55,629 nt of DNA. Origin: Burkholderiales bacterium. GTDB taxonomy: Bacteria > Pseudomonadota > Gammaproteobacteria > Burkholderiales > SG8-41. Numbering within the stretch: the first letter of the stretch is position 1; the number at the start of each line of letters is the position of its first letter. The stretch spans positions 1-55,629 of the forward strand of contig JALHND010000005.1 in NCBI GenBank assembly GCA_022843705.1. The letters are read 5' to 3'. The translations under genes and the position numbers were made by a program. The notes beneath the pieces are model-generated. The model was not told the DNA's origin. It worked only from the letters and a program-made list of their open reading frames with translations, and did not search any database. Below are positions 34,299 to 45,486 of the stretch, in pieces.

Positions 34299-35496
34299 AG
34301 GACACGGTGACGCGCGCATATTTGCGCTTGCCGACCTGCAGCACAACGCTGGCGCCGCGCGCGAGTTTCAGCGACTTGTCGCCGATTTTCTCGCCGTCCA
34401 TTTTCACGCCGCCCTGCGCCAGCATGCGCAGCGCGTCCGAAGTGCTGGCAGTAAGACCCGCCTGCTTCAGCACCGCGGCGATCGACAGGCCGTCGCCTTC
34501 GGCGCTGAGTGTGACTTCGGGCATGTCGGCGGGGATTTCGTCGCGGCGGAAACGCGCCTCGAAATCGGTAAGCGCAGCAGCGGCGGCGGCGGCGCCGTGG
34601 AAGCGTGCGACGATTTCCTGGGCGAACGCGACCTTGATGTCGCGAGGATTGCGGCCCGCACGCACTTCGTCGCGCCAGCCGCGGATGGTTTCGAGCGGCT
34701 CGAAGGACAGCAGTTCGATGTAGCGCCACATCAGTTCGTCGGACACCGACATCAGCTTGCCGAAGATCTCGTTCGGCGGCTCCTGGATGCCGACGTAGTT
34801 GCCGAGCGACTTCGACATCTTGTTGACGCCGTCGAGACCCTCGAGCAGCGGCATCGTCAGGATGCACTGCGGCGCCTGGCCGTGGTGCTTCTGCAGTTCG
34901 CGCCCCATCAGCAGGTTGAATTTCTGGTCGGTGCCGCCCAGTTCGACGTCGGCCTTCAGTGCCACCGAGTCGTAGCCCTGGACCAGCGGATAGAGGAACT
35001 CGTGGATCGCGATCGGCTGGTTGCCGTGATAGCGCTTGGAGAAATCGTCGCGTTCGAGCATGCGCGCGACGGTGTGCGAGGCTGCCAGCCGGATCATGTC
35101 GACCGCGGTCATGCGGTCCATCCAGGTCGAGTTGAACACCACCTCGGTGCGTTCGCGATCAAGGATGCGGAACACCTGCTCGGTGTAGGTCTGGGCGTTG
35201 CGGGCGACTTCCTCGCGGGTCAGCGGCGGACGGGTGGCGTTCTTGCCGGTGGGGTCGCCGATCATGCCGGTGAAATCGCCGATCAGGAACAGCACGTGAT
35301 GCCCCAGTTCCTGAAACTGGCGCAGCTTGTTGATGAGCACGGTGTGCCCGATGTGCAGGTCGGGCGCGGTCGGGTCGAAGCCGGCCTTGATGCGCAGCGG
35401 CCGCCCGGCAGCCAGTTTTTCGCGCAGCTCGGCCTCCCGCAGCAATTCGTCGCAGCCGCGGCGGATGATCTCGATCTGGCGATCAATGGGGGTCAT
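34297..35496 (-). CDS. tyrS: Tyrosine--tRNA ligase
   Basis: [28 protein letters not shown]-terminal S4 domain. Confidence 0.97.
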   Translation of the reverse strand: MTPIDRQIEIIRRGCDELLREAELREKLAAGRPLRIKAGFDPTAPDLHIGHTVLINKLRQFQELGHHVLFLIGDFTGMIGDPTGKNATRPPLTREEVARNAQTYTEQVFRILDRERTEVVFNSTWMDRMTAVDMIRLAASHTVARMLERDDFSKRYHGNQPIAIHEFLYPLVQGYDSVALKADVELGGTDQKFNLLMGRELQKHHGQAPQCILTMPLLEGLDGVNKMSKSLGNYVGIQEPPNEIFGKLMSVSDELMWRYIELLSFEPLETIRGWRDEVRAGRNPRDIKVAFAQEIVARFHGAAAAAAALTDFEARFRRDEIPADMPEVTLSAEGDGLSIAAVLKQAGLTASTSDALRMLAQGGVKMDGEKIGDKSLKLARGASVVLQVGKRKYARVTVS

Positions 35497-35606
35497 GGTG
35501 GTCTGGTTTTCGCAATGCGATAAAACGGTTTTCCCGAGGCCGGTACTCTGCTAAGCTTCCGGCTCGAATTCGGCTGTAAATGTCTTGTAAATCAACGGGG
35601 AAGCGC

Positions 35607-36929
35607 ATGTTGTCTGCGCGATTCGCGATTCTAGCGCAAAACCTTTCGCACCGGCTCCGCGGCAGCACGCCGCGCAGGGTCGTGCTCGCGCTGGTGCTGC
35701 CCTTCGTCGGCATGATGGCTGCTTTCGGCATTGCCCCCGACACCGTGACTGACAACGTGCAGCGTATCCCGGTGGTCGAGCAGCTCGTTCTGCCGCCGCT
35801 GACTGCCGCGGCCGCGCCGTCCGGCGAAACCTACTGGCGGGAAGTGCGCATCGAACGCGGCGATTCCATCGCCTCCGTGCTGCAGCGCCTGCAGGTCGAC
35901 GAGTCGAGCACGGCGCTGCTGCTGCAGCATACGCGCGAGGCGCGCGCCCTCTACCGGCTGATTCCCGGACGCACCGTGCGCGCGCAGGTGACCGACGCCG
36001 GCCAGCTGCTGGCGCTGCGCTACCTGAACGGCACGCAGCTGCTCAAGGTCGACCTCGACCGCGCCGTGCTGCAGGTCTGGGAAGGCCCGGCCGACGTGGA
36101 GACGCGGGTGCACATGCGCTCGGGCGAAATCGTGTCCTCGCTGTTCGCCGCAACCGACGCCGCCGGCATGTCGGACGCGGTCGCCGTGCAGATCGCCGAC
36201 ATCTTCTCCACCGACATCGACTTCCACCGCGACCTGCGCCGCGGCGACCGTTTCTCCGCGGTCTACGAAGTGCAGTACCACCAGGGCGAACCGATCCGCG
36301 CCGGGCGCCTGCTGTCGGCCGAGTTCACCAACCAGGGGAAAACCTTCCATGCCGTGTGGTTCGACAGCGGCGACGGCCAGGGCGGCGGTTACTACACGCT
36401 CGACGGCAAGAACATCCGCAAGGCTTTCCTGCGTTCGCCGCTGGAATTCTCGCGGATCAGCTCCGGCTTCACCCAGTCGCGCTTCCATCCGGTCCTGAAG
36501 ACCTGGCGCGCCCATCGCGGCGTCGACTATGCCGCGCCCACCGGCACCCGGGTCAAAAGCACCGGCAGCGGCATCGTCGAGTTCGCCGGCCGCCAGGGCG
36601 GCTACGGCAACCTGGTCGTGATCCGCCACCAGTCGAAATTCACCACCTGGTACGGACATCTCTCGGGATTCGCGCCCGGCATGCGCAAAGGCAAACGCGT
36701 CGCCCAGGGCGAAGTCATCGGCTATGTCGGCGCCACCGGCGTGGCCACCGGGCCGCACCTGCATTACGAGTTCCGCATCAATAACGTGCACCAGGATCCG
36801 TTGCGCGTCGCGATGCCGCCGGCGCCGCCGCTTGCGCCGCAGCACCGCGCGGCCTTCGAAGAAGTCGCGCAGCCGATGGCCGATCGCCTCGCGCTGCTGC
36901 GGCAGATCCGCACCTCCGCAGCCAACTGA
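35607..36929 (+). CDS. M23 family peptidoglycan DD-endopeptidase (MepM-like)
   Basis: N-terminal TM, HRGVDYAAPTGT, YGHLS, TGPHLHYE; usual tyrS-M23-anmK context. Confidence 0.92.
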   Translation: MLSARFAILAQNLSHRLRGSTPRRVVLALVLPFVGMMAAFGIAPDTVTDNVQRIPVVEQLVLPPLTAAAAPSGETYWREVRIERGDSIASVLQRLQVDESSTALLLQHTREARALYRLIPGRTVRAQVTDAGQLLALRYLNGTQLLKVDLDRAVLQVWEGPADVETRVHMRSGEIVSSLFAATDAAGMSDAVAVQIADIFSTDIDFHRDLRRGDRFSAVYEVQYHQGEPIRAGRLLSAEFTNQGKTFHAVWFDSGDGQGGGYYTLDGKNIRKAFLRSPLEFSRISSGFTQSRFHPVLKTWRAHRGVDYAAPTGTRVKSTGSGIVEFAGRQGGYGNLVVIRHQSKFTTWYGHLSGFAPGMRKGKRVAQGEVIGYVGATGVATGPHLHYEFRINNVHQDPLRVAMPPAPPLAPQHRAAFEEVAQPMADRLALLRQIRTSAAN

Positions 36930-36943
36930 CACCTCCCCGCGCG

Positions 36944-38032
36944 ATGCCCGGTCTGTTCATCGGGTTGATGTCCGGCACCAGCATGGACGGCATCGACGCC
37001 GTGCTGACCGAATTCGGACCGCAACCGGTACTGCGGCAGCATGTCCACCAGCCTTTCCCGCCGCAGCTGCGCGACACGCTGCTCGGACTCAACGAGCCGG
37101 GCGCCGACGAACTGCAGCGCGCCGCGCTCGCCGCCAACGCGCTGTCCCTGGGTTACGCCGCGGCGGTGCGCTCGCTGCTGGCGCAGGCCGGCGTTGCGGC
37201 ACGCGACGTGCTCGCCGTCGGCTGCCACGGCCAGACCGTTCGCCACAATCCGCGCGCCGGTTACACCATCCAGCTCGTCAACGGGGCGCTGCTCGCGGAG
37301 CTGTCGGGCATCCGCGTGGTCTGCGATTTCCGCAGCCGCGACATTGCTGCCGGCGGCGAGGGGGCGCCGCTGGTGCCGGCCTTCCATCGCGCGGTATTCG
37401 CGAGCCCGAAACAGGCGCGCGCCATCGTCAACATCGGCGGCATCGCCAACATCACCCGCCTGCCGCTGCACGGCCCGGTGACCGGTTTCGACTGCGGACC
37501 CGGCAATGTGCTGATGGACGGCTGGATCGCGGCCCACGTCGGGCAGGCCTACGACACCGGCGGCGCCTGGGCGGCGCAGGGCCGGGCGCTGCCGGAACTG
37601 CTGGAGCGCCTGCTCGGCCACGAATTTTTCGAGCGCCCGCCGCCGAAAAGCACCGGACGCGACCTGTTCAACCTGCCGGCGCTGCGCAAGATGCTGCGCG
37701 GTGACGAACGCCCGCAGGACGTGCAGGCGACGCTGCTCGAACTGACGGCGGCGTCGATCGCGCGCGCGCTCGACGCCCATTGCGCGGATGCGGTGGAGGT
37801 CTATCTCTGCGGCGGCGGTGCCCGCAACGGTGCACTGGCGGCGCGCATCGCCGGCCTGCTGCCCGGCCGCCGGGTCGAGAGCACTGACGTGCTCGGCATC
37901 GCTGCCGAGGCGGTGGAAGCTGCCGCCTTTGCCTGGCTGGCACAGCGCACGCTGGCCGGCGAGCCGGGCAACCTGCCGGCGGTGACGGGGGCGCAAGGGC
38001 CGCGCGTGCTGGGCGCCATCTACCCGGCGTAA
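36944..38032 (+). CDS. anmK: Anhydro-N-acetylmuramic acid kinase
   Basis: IGLMSGTSMDGID, HGQTVRH, GGEGAPLVP, NIGGIAN, FDCGPGN. Confidence 0.96.
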   Translation: MPGLFIGLMSGTSMDGIDAVLTEFGPQPVLRQHVHQPFPPQLRDTLLGLNEPGADELQRAALAANALSLGYAAAVRSLLAQAGVAARDVLAVGCHGQTVRHNPRAGYTIQLVNGALLAELSGIRVVCDFRSRDIAAGGEGAPLVPAFHRAVFASPKQARAIVNIGGIANITRLPLHGPVTGFDCGPGNVLMDGWIAAHVGQAYDTGGAWAAQGRALPELLERLLGHEFFERPPPKSTGRDLFNLPALRKMLRGDERPQDVQATLLELTAASIARALDAHCADAVEVYLCGGGARNGALAARIAGLLPGRRVESTDVLGIAAEAVEAAAFAWLAQRTLAGEPGNLPAVTGAQGPRVLGAIYPA

Positions 38033-38055
38033 CTCCTGCCTGATGCTGCAAATGA

Positions 38056-38079
38056 AAACGGGGGCCACGGCCCCCGTTT
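38056..38079. terminator. Bidirectional intrinsic terminator
   Basis: AAACGGGGGCC-ac-GGCCCCCGTTT between convergent anmK and erpA. Confidence 0.8.
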
Positions 38080-38098
38080 CGATGTGCTCCGTTCCGGG

Positions 38099-38452
38099 TC
38101 AGGCGGAGAACGAGGACCCGCAACCGCAGGTGGACGAGGCGTTCGGATTTTTGATGACGAACTGGGCGCCTTCAACGTTTTCCTGGTAATCGATTTCCGC
38201 GCCGGTCAGGTACTGCAGGCTCATCGGATCGATCAGCAGCGTCACGCCGCCCTTCTGCAGCGAGGTATCGTCGTCGTTGACGGCTTCATCGAAAGTGAAG
38301 CCGTACTGGAAGCCTGAACAACCGCCACCGGTGACGAACACCCGCAGCTTCAGCTCCGGGTTGCCTTCTTCCTCGATCAGCTGGCGGACTTTCGCCGCGG
38401 CGTTCTCGGTGAACACCAGCGGGTCGGGCATCATTTCGGTCACTGCATTCAT
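38099..38452 (-). CDS. erpA: Fe-S cluster insertion protein
   Basis: [19 protein letters not shown]; TATAAT (minus strand) at 38488-38493. Confidence 0.95.
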   Translation of the reverse strand: MNAVTEMMPDPLVFTENAAAKVRQLIEEEGNPELKLRVFVTGGGCSGFQYGFTFDEAVNDDDTSLQKGGVTLLIDPMSLQYLTGAEIDYQENVEGAQFVIKNPNASSTCGCGSSFSA

Positions 38453-38510
38453 CGCTTGCTCCTGGATCGGTAACGCCTGGTAGGCGGATTATAGCCCCGG
38501 CGGCCCGGGA

Positions 38511-38918
38511 TCACTCGGCCGAGGCGGGTTTGAACTTGACGACCTTGTCGGCCTTGGCATCGTCCTGGTAGACCAGCCGGCCCTGCACCACCGCACCAAG
38601 CTGCATTTCCAGCGTCCGGTAGTAGACATCCCCTGTGACATTGGCCTTGCCCTGCAGTTCGACATAATCGGCGGCATGCACCGGCCCGACCACGGTGCCG
38701 TTGATGACCACGTGGGAAACGCGGATTTCCCCCTCGATGCGGGCGGCTTCCGACAGCACCAGCGTGCCGGGCTTGCCATCAGCCGAAATGACATTGCCGT
38801 GCACATGGCCGTCGACGCGCAGTCCGCCCTCGAAGGTCAGGTCGCCGGAAATGACCGTGCCGGCGCCGATCAGGCAGTCGATGCGGTTCTGCGGTTTGCT
38901 GGGTTTGTTGCCGAACAT
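38511..38918 (-). CDS. Bactofilin (polymer-forming cytoskeletal protein)
   Basis: LIGAGTVISGDL..GLRVDG..G beta-helix repeats. Confidence 0.9.
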   Translation of the reverse strand: MFGNKPSKPQNRIDCLIGAGTVISGDLTFEGGLRVDGHVHGNVISADGKPGTLVLSEAARIEGEIRVSHVVINGTVVGPVHAADYVELQGKANVTGDVYYRTLEMQLGAVVQGRLVYQDDAKADKVVKFKPASAE

Positions 38919-38930
38919 GATGGTCTCCTG

Positions 38931-39677
38931 CTAGGAAAGAGTGACATTATGCGTCAGCCGCGGCGCGTCGGAATTGCCCTCGAACACGCGGACCTGCAGG
39001 CCCTTGACCGCCGCATCCGGGGCAATGCGGAACATGCCTTCGACGCGCTGGAACAGCTTGAAATTGACCTGGTATTCCTTGGCCGACCGCGACGAATCGG
39101 GCGGCATCATCAGCACCACTTTACGGCCATCCTGCTGCAGATTCAACACGAACTGCAGGCGCCCGCTGAATTCCTTGGCGCGCTCCCCGGTCTGCACCAG
39201 CAGCAGCTGGTAGCGGTATTCGCCGGGCACCGTCTCCGGCTGCAGGCGGAAGCGGTTGACGCTGATCGTGCCTTCCTTGCCGGTCGCGGTCAGCGAGTGG
39301 AAAAACGCGAGGTCTTCCTTCAGCGTGGCGTTTTCCTGGGCGAGGGATTTCACCTGCTTCGCCAGGTCGGCAAAGGTCGCGCGCTCGATCTGCAGCTGGC
39401 GTTCGGCGGCCGCCGTGCGCGCGTTCAGTTCGGCCAGTTCCGCCTGCTGCTTGAGCACCGTCTCGTTGAGCTGGGCGCGCAACCGTGCCGCCTCGCCCTG
39501 GCGAAAACCGGCGTATTCGAGGCCGAAGTCGTAGGTAAACCACGCCACTCCGGCGACCAGAGCGCCGCCGGCAGCCAGTGCCGTCCAGCGCCAGTACCAG
39601 GGCATGTGCGGACGCACCGAAAGCCGCGGGGCATCGATGCCGAACCGGCGCACGACGGCCTTGAGGACGCGCTTCAT
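38931..39677 (-). CDS. Conserved membrane-anchored coiled-coil protein (DUF6776-like)
   Basis: One TM, coiled coil ending LKEDLAFF, YRYQLLLVQ, FKLFQRVEG; lies between argC and bactofilin. Confidence 0.7.
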   Translation of the reverse strand: MKRVLKAVVRRFGIDAPRLSVRPHMPWYWRWTALAAGGALVAGVAWFTYDFGLEYAGFRQGEAARLRAQLNETVLKQQAELAELNARTAAAERQLQIERATFADLAKQVKSLAQENATLKEDLAFFHSLTATGKEGTISVNRFRLQPETVPGEYRYQLLLVQTGERAKEFSGRLQFVLNLQQDGRKVVLMMPPDSSRSAKEYQVNFKLFQRVEGMFRIAPDAAVKGLQVRVFEGNSDAPRLTHNVTLS

Positions 39678-39681
39678 TGCG

Positions 39682-40722
39682 TCAGGGCAGCAGCGCGACC
39701 TGGGTCAGGCCGGTGTCTTCGGCAAGGCCGAACAGGATGTTCAAGTTCTGCACGGCCTGTCCGGCAGCACCCTTGACCAGGTTGTCGATCACCGACAGCA
39801 CGACCACGGTATCGCCGCCCTGCGGCTGGTGCACGGCGATGCGGCAGTGGTTGGCACCGCGCACCGAGCGCGTCTCCGGATGGCTGCCCGCGGGCATCAC
39901 GTCGACGAAGCTTTCGCCGGCATAACGCTTTTCGTAGAGCGCCTGCAGGTCGACCGCGCGCGTCAGACGCGCGTAGAGCGTGGCGTGGATGCCGCGGATC
40001 ATCGGCGTCAGGTGCGGCACGAACACCAGTCCCACCGGCCGGCCGGCGGCGCGTGTCAGGCCCTGCACGATTTCCGGCTGGTGGCGGTGGCCCGGCACGC
40101 CGTAGGCCTTGAAGTTGTCCGAGGCTTCGGCATGCAGGATATGGGTTTCCGCCTTGCGGCCGGCGCCGGACACCCCAGACTTGGCATCGGCAATCAGGTG
40201 CCCGATGTCGACGCAGCCGGATTCCACCAGAGGCAGGAAGCCGAGCTGCACCGCCGTCGGATAACAGCCGGGATTGGCGATGACGCGCGCCTTGCGGATC
40301 TCGTCGCGGTTGATTTCGGGCAGCGCATAAACCGCCTCGGCCACGAGTTCCGGGCAGGCGTGCTTCATTTTGTAGTACTGCTCCCACACCGCGACGTCGC
40401 GGATGCGGAAATCGGCGGCCAGATCGATGACCTTCACGCCGGCGTCGACCAGCGCGCGCGCCTCCTGCATCGCCACACCGTTGGGCGTCGCGAAGAACAC
40501 GACGTCGCACTGGTCGAGGCCCGCCGCGGCGGGTTCACTGAATCGCAGGTCGACCCGTCCGCGCAGGTTGGGAAACATCTCGGCCACCGGCATGCCGGCT
40601 TCCTTGCGCGACGTGATGGCCTGCAGCGCGCAGTGCGGATGCTGGGCCAGCAGCCGCAGCAGCTCGACACCGGTGTAACCGGTGCCACCGACGATGCCGA
40701 CCTTGATCGTTTTTGCCGTCAT
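39682..40722 (-). CDS. argC: N-acetyl-gamma-glutamyl-phosphate reductase
   Basis: [41 protein letters not shown]. Confidence 0.97.
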   Translation of the reverse strand: MTAKTIKVGIVGGTGYTGVELLRLLAQHPHCALQAITSRKEAGMPVAEMFPNLRGRVDLRFSEPAAAGLDQCDVVFFATPNGVAMQEARALVDAGVKVIDLAADFRIRDVAVWEQYYKMKHACPELVAEAVYALPEINRDEIRKARVIANPGCYPTAVQLGFLPLVESGCVDIGHLIADAKSGVSGAGRKAETHILHAEASDNFKAYGVPGHRHQPEIVQGLTRAAGRPVGLVFVPHLTPMIRGIHATLYARLTRAVDLQALYEKRYAGESFVDVMPAGSHPETRSVRGANHCRIAVHQPQGGDTVVVLSVIDNLVKGAAGQAVQNLNILFGLAEDTGLTQVALLP

Positions 40723-40786
40723 GCCTGAAACATCCTCCTTGAGTCCGGGTTCCTGTCTCCCGGCGGCGACACTCGCGCCAGAGACG

Positions 40787-40812
40787 ACAAAGCCGCCCTC
40801 GGGCGGCTTTGT
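40787..40812 (-). terminator. Terminator-like hairpin downstream of rplM-rpsI
   Basis: ACAAAGCCGCCC-tc-GGGCGGCTTTGT. Confidence 0.7.
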
Positions 40813-40840
40813 ACGAACTGCCTGTCCTGCAAACGCTGCG

Positions 40841-41233
40841 TTAACGCTTGGAGAACTGCTTGCGGCGCCGCGCCTTGCGCAAGCCGACCTTTTTACGCTC
40901 GACCTCTCGGGCGTCGCGGGTCACCAGACCTGCCTTGCGCAGCACCGGTTTCAGCGCCGCATCGTATTCGATCAGCGCGCGGGTGATGCCGTGGCGGACC
41001 GCACCGGCCTGGCCGGACTCGCCGCCACCGGTGACGTTGACGCTGATGTCAAAGGTGTCCAGCTTCTCGATCAGGGCGAGCGGCTGGCGCACGACCATGC
41101 GACCGGTCTCGCGCGAGAAGAACTCGTCCACCGGCTTGCCGTTGACGACGATGCTGCCCTTGCCGGGTTGCAGGTATACGCGGGCCACTGCGCTCTTGCG
41201 GCGGCCGGTGCCGTAGTTTTTTTGGACTGCCAT
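40841..41233 (-). CDS. rpsI: 30S ribosomal protein S9
   Basis: [28 protein letters not shown] end. Confidence 0.98.
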   Translation of the reverse strand: MAVQKNYGTGRRKSAVARVYLQPGKGSIVVNGKPVDEFFSRETGRMVVRQPLALIEKLDTFDISVNVTGGGESGQAGAVRHGITRALIEYDAALKPVLRKAGLVTRDAREVERKKVGLRKARRRKQFSKR

Positions 41234-41244
41234 GGTCTGTGATC

Positions 41245-41673
41245 CTAGATTTCGAGGGTCTTGGGCTGCTGCGCGGTGTGCGGATGGTCCGCGCCGGCAT
41301 AGGCCTTCATTTTCTTCAGCATCGCGTAGCCGAGGGGGCCCTTGGGCAGCATGCCCTTGACCGCCTTTTCCAGCACGCGCGCCGGAAACTTGGCATGCAT
41401 CTTTTCGAAGCTGGTGGTGTACAGCCCGCCCGGGTAGCCGGTGTGGCGGTTGTACAGCTTGTCCTTGGCCTTGTTGCCGGTGACGCGCAGCTTGTCGACG
41501 TTGACCACGACGATAAAATCGCCGGTGTCGATGTGCCGGGTAAACTCGGGCTTGTGCTTGCCGCGCAGGCGATGGGCGATCTCGGCGGCGAGACGACCCA
41601 GCACTTTGCCGGAGGCGTCCACCACGTACCAGTCGCGCTTGATCTCGTGCGGTTTGGCGGAATAGGTCTTCAT
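41245..41673 (-). CDS. rplM: 50S ribosomal protein L13
   Basis: WYVVDA..LGRLA, LRGKHKP, HTGYPGG, GMLPKG. Confidence 0.98.
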   Translation of the reverse strand: MKTYSAKPHEIKRDWYVVDASGKVLGRLAAEIAHRLRGKHKPEFTRHIDTGDFIVVVNVDKLRVTGNKAKDKLYNRHTGYPGGLYTTSFEKMHAKFPARVLEKAVKGMLPKGPLGYAMLKKMKAYAGADHPHTAQQPKTLEI

Positions 41674-41712
41674 GCGTGTTCCAGCGTCTGTACTGTTTCA
41701 GGGAAACCGCGA

Positions 41713-41742
41713 ATTCTATGGGAAATCAAGCGCCTGTGTCAA
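41713..41742 (-). promoter_or_regulatory. Sigma70 promoter of rplM-rpsI
   Basis: TTGACA-N18-TAGAAT on the minus strand, 40 bp upstream of the rplM ATG. Confidence 0.75.
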
Positions 41743-41788
41743 TCTGCTGTACCGCAGCAAAAACACCTGCCCGGCCGCCCGTCTTCAA

Positions 41789-41816
41789 TAAAAATATATT
41801 TAAAAACAAATAGTTA
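41789..41816 (+). repeat. 28-bp AT-rich dispersed motif (IHF-like), copy 4
   Basis: TAAAAATATATTTAAAAACAAATAGTTA, just upstream of the rplM promoter and 4 bp before the divergent gene's ATG. Confidence 0.65.
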
Positions 41817-41820
41817 AATA

Positions 41821-42576
41821 ATGCTGTCCTGGCAACTCACCAACGCCCTGTCGTCGCTGCTGATCCCGCCCGGACTGCTGCTGGTCGTGCTCGCGGCCGG
41901 CCTGCTGCTCGGCCGGCGCCGGCCGCAGACCGGCAAGGCACTGCTGGTCGCCGGAACTGCCGGGCTCTATCTGCTCTCGCTGCCGGTCACTGCGCATTTC
42001 CTGCTCGGCCTGTGGGAATTGCCGGCTGCGGCCGCGGCCGCTGAAGCCGGGGCCATCGTCGTGCTCGGCGGCGGCAAGGCCCACGGTACCCCCGAATACG
42101 CCGGCGACACCGTGCGCGGCACGACACTGGTACGGCTGCGTTATGCCGCCCACCTGCAGCGTCGCAGCGGGCTGCCATTACTGGTCAGCGGCGGCAGCCC
42201 CGAAGGCAGCCCGCAGAGCGAGGCCATGCTGATGCGGACCGTGCTCGAACGCGAATTTGGTGTCCCCGTACGCTGGGTCGAGGAAGGATCGGCCAACACG
42301 CTGGAAAACGCCCGGCTCAGCTACGCGATCCTGTCGGCGCAGGGTATCCGCACGATCCATCTGGTCACCCACGCCTGGCACATGCGGCGCGCCCGGCTGG
42401 CATTCGAACAGGCCGGCTTCCAGGTCGTTCCCGCCGCGACCGGCCATGCGACCCGCTACCGGTTCACCCTCCTCGATTTCCTGCCCGACGCCCCGGCGCT
42501 GCTCGACAGCGCGCTGTTTTTCCGCGAAGCCCTGGGCATAGTCTGGTATCGTTTGCGCCTCATTTTTCAGGGCTGA
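41821..42576 (+). CDS. YdcF/ElyC (DUF218) family protein
   Basis: AIVVLGGG, LVSGG, SEA, EEGSANTLENA, LVTHAWHMRRA. Confidence 0.9.
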   Translation: MLSWQLTNALSSLLIPPGLLLVVLAAGLLLGRRRPQTGKALLVAGTAGLYLLSLPVTAHFLLGLWELPAAAAAAEAGAIVVLGGGKAHGTPEYAGDTVRGTTLVRLRYAAHLQRRSGLPLLVSGGSPEGSPQSEAMLMRTVLEREFGVPVRWVEEGSANTLENARLSYAILSAQGIRTIHLVTHAWHMRRARLAFEQAGFQVVPAATGHATRYRFTLLDFLPDAPALLDSALFFREALGIVWYRLRLIFQG

Positions 42577-42590
42577 GCGCGGGAGCACCC

Positions 42591-43013
42591 ATGAAAGCAC
42601 GCATCAAGTGGATCGAGAACGTCAGTTTTGTCGCCGAGTCGGGCAGCGGCCACGCGCTGGTCATCGACGGCGCGCCGGAAGGCGGCGGCCGCGACCTGGG
42701 GCCGCGGCCGATGGAAGTGGTGCTGATGGGCACCGGCGGCTGCACCGCCTACGACGTCATGCACATCCTGCGCAAGTCGCGGGCACCGGTGACGGACTGC
42801 GTGCTGGAGATCGACGCCGAGCGCGCCGAAGAGGATCCCAAGGTGTTCACGAAAATCCATTTCCATTTCGTCGTCACCGGCAAGGGGCTGAAACCGGCGC
42901 AGGTCGAACGCGCCGTGCACCTGTCGGCGGAAAAATACTGCTCGGCCTCGATCATGCTGGGCAAGACCGCCGCGATCAGCCACGACTTCGAGATCCGCGA
43001 AGCCGAAGCCTGA
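42591..43013 (+). CDS. OsmC family protein (YhfA-like)
   Basis: GPRPMEVVLMGTGGCT...SAEKYCS. Confidence 0.92.
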   Translation: MKARIKWIENVSFVAESGSGHALVIDGAPEGGGRDLGPRPMEVVLMGTGGCTAYDVMHILRKSRAPVTDCVLEIDAERAEEDPKVFTKIHFHFVVTGKGLKPAQVERAVHLSAEKYCSASIMLGKTAAISHDFEIREAEA

Positions 43014-43028
43014 TCCGCGCGGCGCCGG

Positions 43029-43655
43029 CTACAGCAGGAAGGCGCCGCCGGTCATCACTTTGGAAGAAGCCTGCATCGCCGCCTTGACCGGCGCGGGCAG
43101 TTCGGCGCCGCCATGGCGCAGTGCCGTCGTCGCATGGCGCGCTTCGTCGTCCCGCATCTGCTCGACGATGGCGCGGCTTTTAAGGTCTTCCGCCGGCAGC
43201 CGCGCCAGATGTCCCTCGAGGTGCTTCACTACCTGGCGCTCGGTTTCGGCGAGGAAGCCGAGGTTCCAGCGGTCGCCCAGCGCACCGGCGGCGGCACCGA
43301 TCGCGAACGAACCCGCGTAGAACAGCGGATTGAGCAGACTCTTGCGCCCGCCCAGTTCGGCGATGCGCTGCTCGGTCCAGGCGAGGTGCTCGGTTTCCTC
43401 CTGCGCGGCCTCCTCCAGCGCGGCGCGGGCATTCGAGTCGCGCGCGGTCATCGCCTGCCCCTGGTACAGCGCCTGGGCGCAGACTTCCCCGGTGTGGTTG
43501 ACCCGCATCAGCGCCGCCGCCAGCGTGCGCTGCGCCGGACTCATGTCGGCATCCTGGAGAGTCTCTCCGGGAACCGGGCGCATGCTGCGGGCCGGCGCGA
43601 ACAGCGTGCGCAGCCCGCGATCAAAGCCGATGATCAGGTCGTCGATGCGTAACAT
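43029..43655 (-). CDS. coq7: Demethoxyubiquinone hydroxylase (di-iron)
   Basis: [36 protein letters not shown]. Confidence 0.95.
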   Translation of the reverse strand: MLRIDDLIIGFDRGLRTLFAPARSMRPVPGETLQDADMSPAQRTLAAALMRVNHTGEVCAQALYQGQAMTARDSNARAALEEAAQEETEHLAWTEQRIAELGGRKSLLNPLFYAGSFAIGAAAGALGDRWNLGFLAETERQVVKHLEGHLARLPAEDLKSRAIVEQMRDDEARHATTALRHGGAELPAPVKAAMQASSKVMTGGAFLL

Positions 43656-43673
43656 GGCCTGCGCCCTCCGCTC

Positions 43674-44471
43674 TCAGTTCATTGCGCCGAACAGGCGCTC
43701 CAGCTCGGCGCCGGGGTCGGCGGCGCGCATGAACGCCTCGCCGACGAGGAAGCCGTGCACCGCGTGACTGCGCATCTTCTGCACGTCCTCGGGTTTCAGT
43801 ATGCCGCTTTCGGTAATCACCAGCCGCCCCGCCGGCACCCGCGGCAGCAGGCCCAACGTCGTGTCGAGTGTGGTTTCAAAACTGCGCAGGTTGCGGTTGT
43901 TGATGCCGAGCAGGGGGGTGCGCAGCTTCAGCGCGGCATCCAGCTCAGCGCCGTCGTGCACTTCGACCAGCACGGCCATGCCCAGTTCATGGGCGACGCC
44001 CTCCAGCTCGGCCATGCGCGCCGGTTCCAGCGCGGCAACGATCAGCAGGATGCAGTCGGCGCCCGCGGCACGCGCCTCGTAGACCTGGTAGGGATCGACG
44101 ATGAAATCCTTGCGTAGTACCGGCAGGCTGCAGGCGCCGCGCGCGGCCTTCAGGTCGTCGAGACTGCCCTGGAAAAACTGGGTGTCGGTGAGCACCGACA
44201 GGCAGGCAGCACCATGGCGCCCGTAACTCGCGGCAATCGCCGCAGGATCGAAGGGGTCGCGCAGAACGCCCTTGCTCGGGCTCGCCTTCTTCACCTCGGC
44301 AATGACCGCGGGCCTGCCGGCGGCGATCTTGGTGCGCAGCGCGCCGGCAAAATCGCGTGGTGGCGCGGCGGCTCTCGCTGCCGACGTCACCGCCGTCAGC
44401 GGCAGCCGCGACTGTGCGGCCGCGATTTCCTGCGCCTTCACCGCAAGGATGCGCTGCAGGATGTCAACCAT
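43674..44471 (-). CDS. trpC: Indole-3-glycerol phosphate synthase
   Basis: [34 protein letters not shown]; start MVDIL at 44471. Confidence 0.97.
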   Translation of the reverse strand: MVDILQRILAVKAQEIAAAQSRLPLTAVTSAARAAAPPRDFAGALRTKIAAGRPAVIAEVKKASPSKGVLRDPFDPAAIAASYGRHGAACLSVLTDTQFFQGSLDDLKAARGACSLPVLRKDFIVDPYQVYEARAAGADCILLIVAALEPARMAELEGVAHELGMAVLVEVHDGAELDAALKLRTPLLGINNRNLRSFETTLDTTLGLLPRVPAGRLVITESGILKPEDVQKMRSHAVHGFLVGEAFMRAADPGAELERLFGAMN

Positions 44472-45486
44472 GGCTTTGCGTGAAGCCGACGAACTGGTCG
44501 AGCTTCTTGCGGGCGGCGCCGCTTTCGATGACGGCCAGCGCCCGCTGTACGCCTTCGGCCAGCGTCGGCGCCTTGCCGGCGATGTAGATGCTGGCGCCGG
44601 CATTCAGCGCGACGATGTCACGCGCGGCGCCGGGCTTGTTCTCCAGCGCACCGAGCAGCATGTCGCGCGACTGCTCGACGCCGTCAACACGGATGCCGTT
44701 GTTGCTGTGTGTTTTCAGCCCGACGTCGGCCGGGGCGATCATGTATTCGCGGACCTGCCCGTCCTTCAGTTCGCCGACCGCGGTCGGGCCGCTGATCGAC
44801 AGCTCGTCCAGTCCCTCCAGGCCGTGCACGATCATCACCCGGCGGCTGCCGAGGCGCTGCAGCACGCGCGCCTGGATGCCGACGAGGTCGGGATGGAACA
44901 CGCCCATCACCTGCTGCTTCGCGCCGGCCGGGTTGGTCAACGGGCCGAGGATGTTGAAAATGGTCTTTACGCCCAGCTCGCGGCGCACGGGAGCGGCGTG
45001 CTTCATCGCGCTGTGGTGGTTGGGTGCGAACATGAAACCGATTCCGGTCTCGGCGATGGACTGCGCCACCGCTTCCGGCTTCAGGTTGATGTTGACCCCC
45101 AGCAGCTCGAGCACGTCGGCGCTGCCCGACTTGCTCGATACCGAGCGGCCGCCGTGCTTGGCGATTTTCGCGCCGGCCGCGGCGGCGACGAACATCGCGG
45201 CAGTCGACACGTTGAAGGTGTGCGCCGAGTCGCCGCCGGTGCCGCAGGTGTCGATCAGTTCGGGCGTGTCAGGCACCGGCACGTGGGTCGCAAACTCGCG
45301 CATCACCGTCGCTGCGGCGGCGATTTCGCCAATGGTCTCCTTCTTCACCCGCAGCCCGGCGATGATCGCAGCAATCAGCACCGGCGATACCTCGCCGCCC
45401 ATGATCTGCCGCATCAGCGACAGCATCTCGTCGTGGAAAATCTCGCGGTGCTCGATGATGCGCGCCAGCGCTTCCTGCGGTTTCAT
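44464..45486 (-). CDS. trpD: Anthranilate phosphoribosyltransferase
   Basis: [32 protein letters not shown]; start MKPQE at 45486. Confidence 0.97.
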   Translation of the reverse strand: MKPQEALARIIEHREIFHDEMLSLMRQIMGGEVSPVLIAAIIAGLRVKKETIGEIAAAATVMREFATHVPVPDTPELIDTCGTGGDSAHTFNVSTAAMFVAAAAGAKIAKHGGRSVSSKSGSADVLELLGVNINLKPEAVAQSIAETGIGFMFAPNHHSAMKHAAPVRRELGVKTIFNILGPLTNPAGAKQQVMGVFHPDLVGIQARVLQRLGSRRVMIVHGLEGLDELSISGPTAVGELKDGQVREYMIAPADVGLKTHSNNGIRVDGVEQSRDMLLGALENKPGAARDIVALNAGASIYIAGKAPTLAEGVQRALAVIESGAARKKLDQFVGFTQSHG

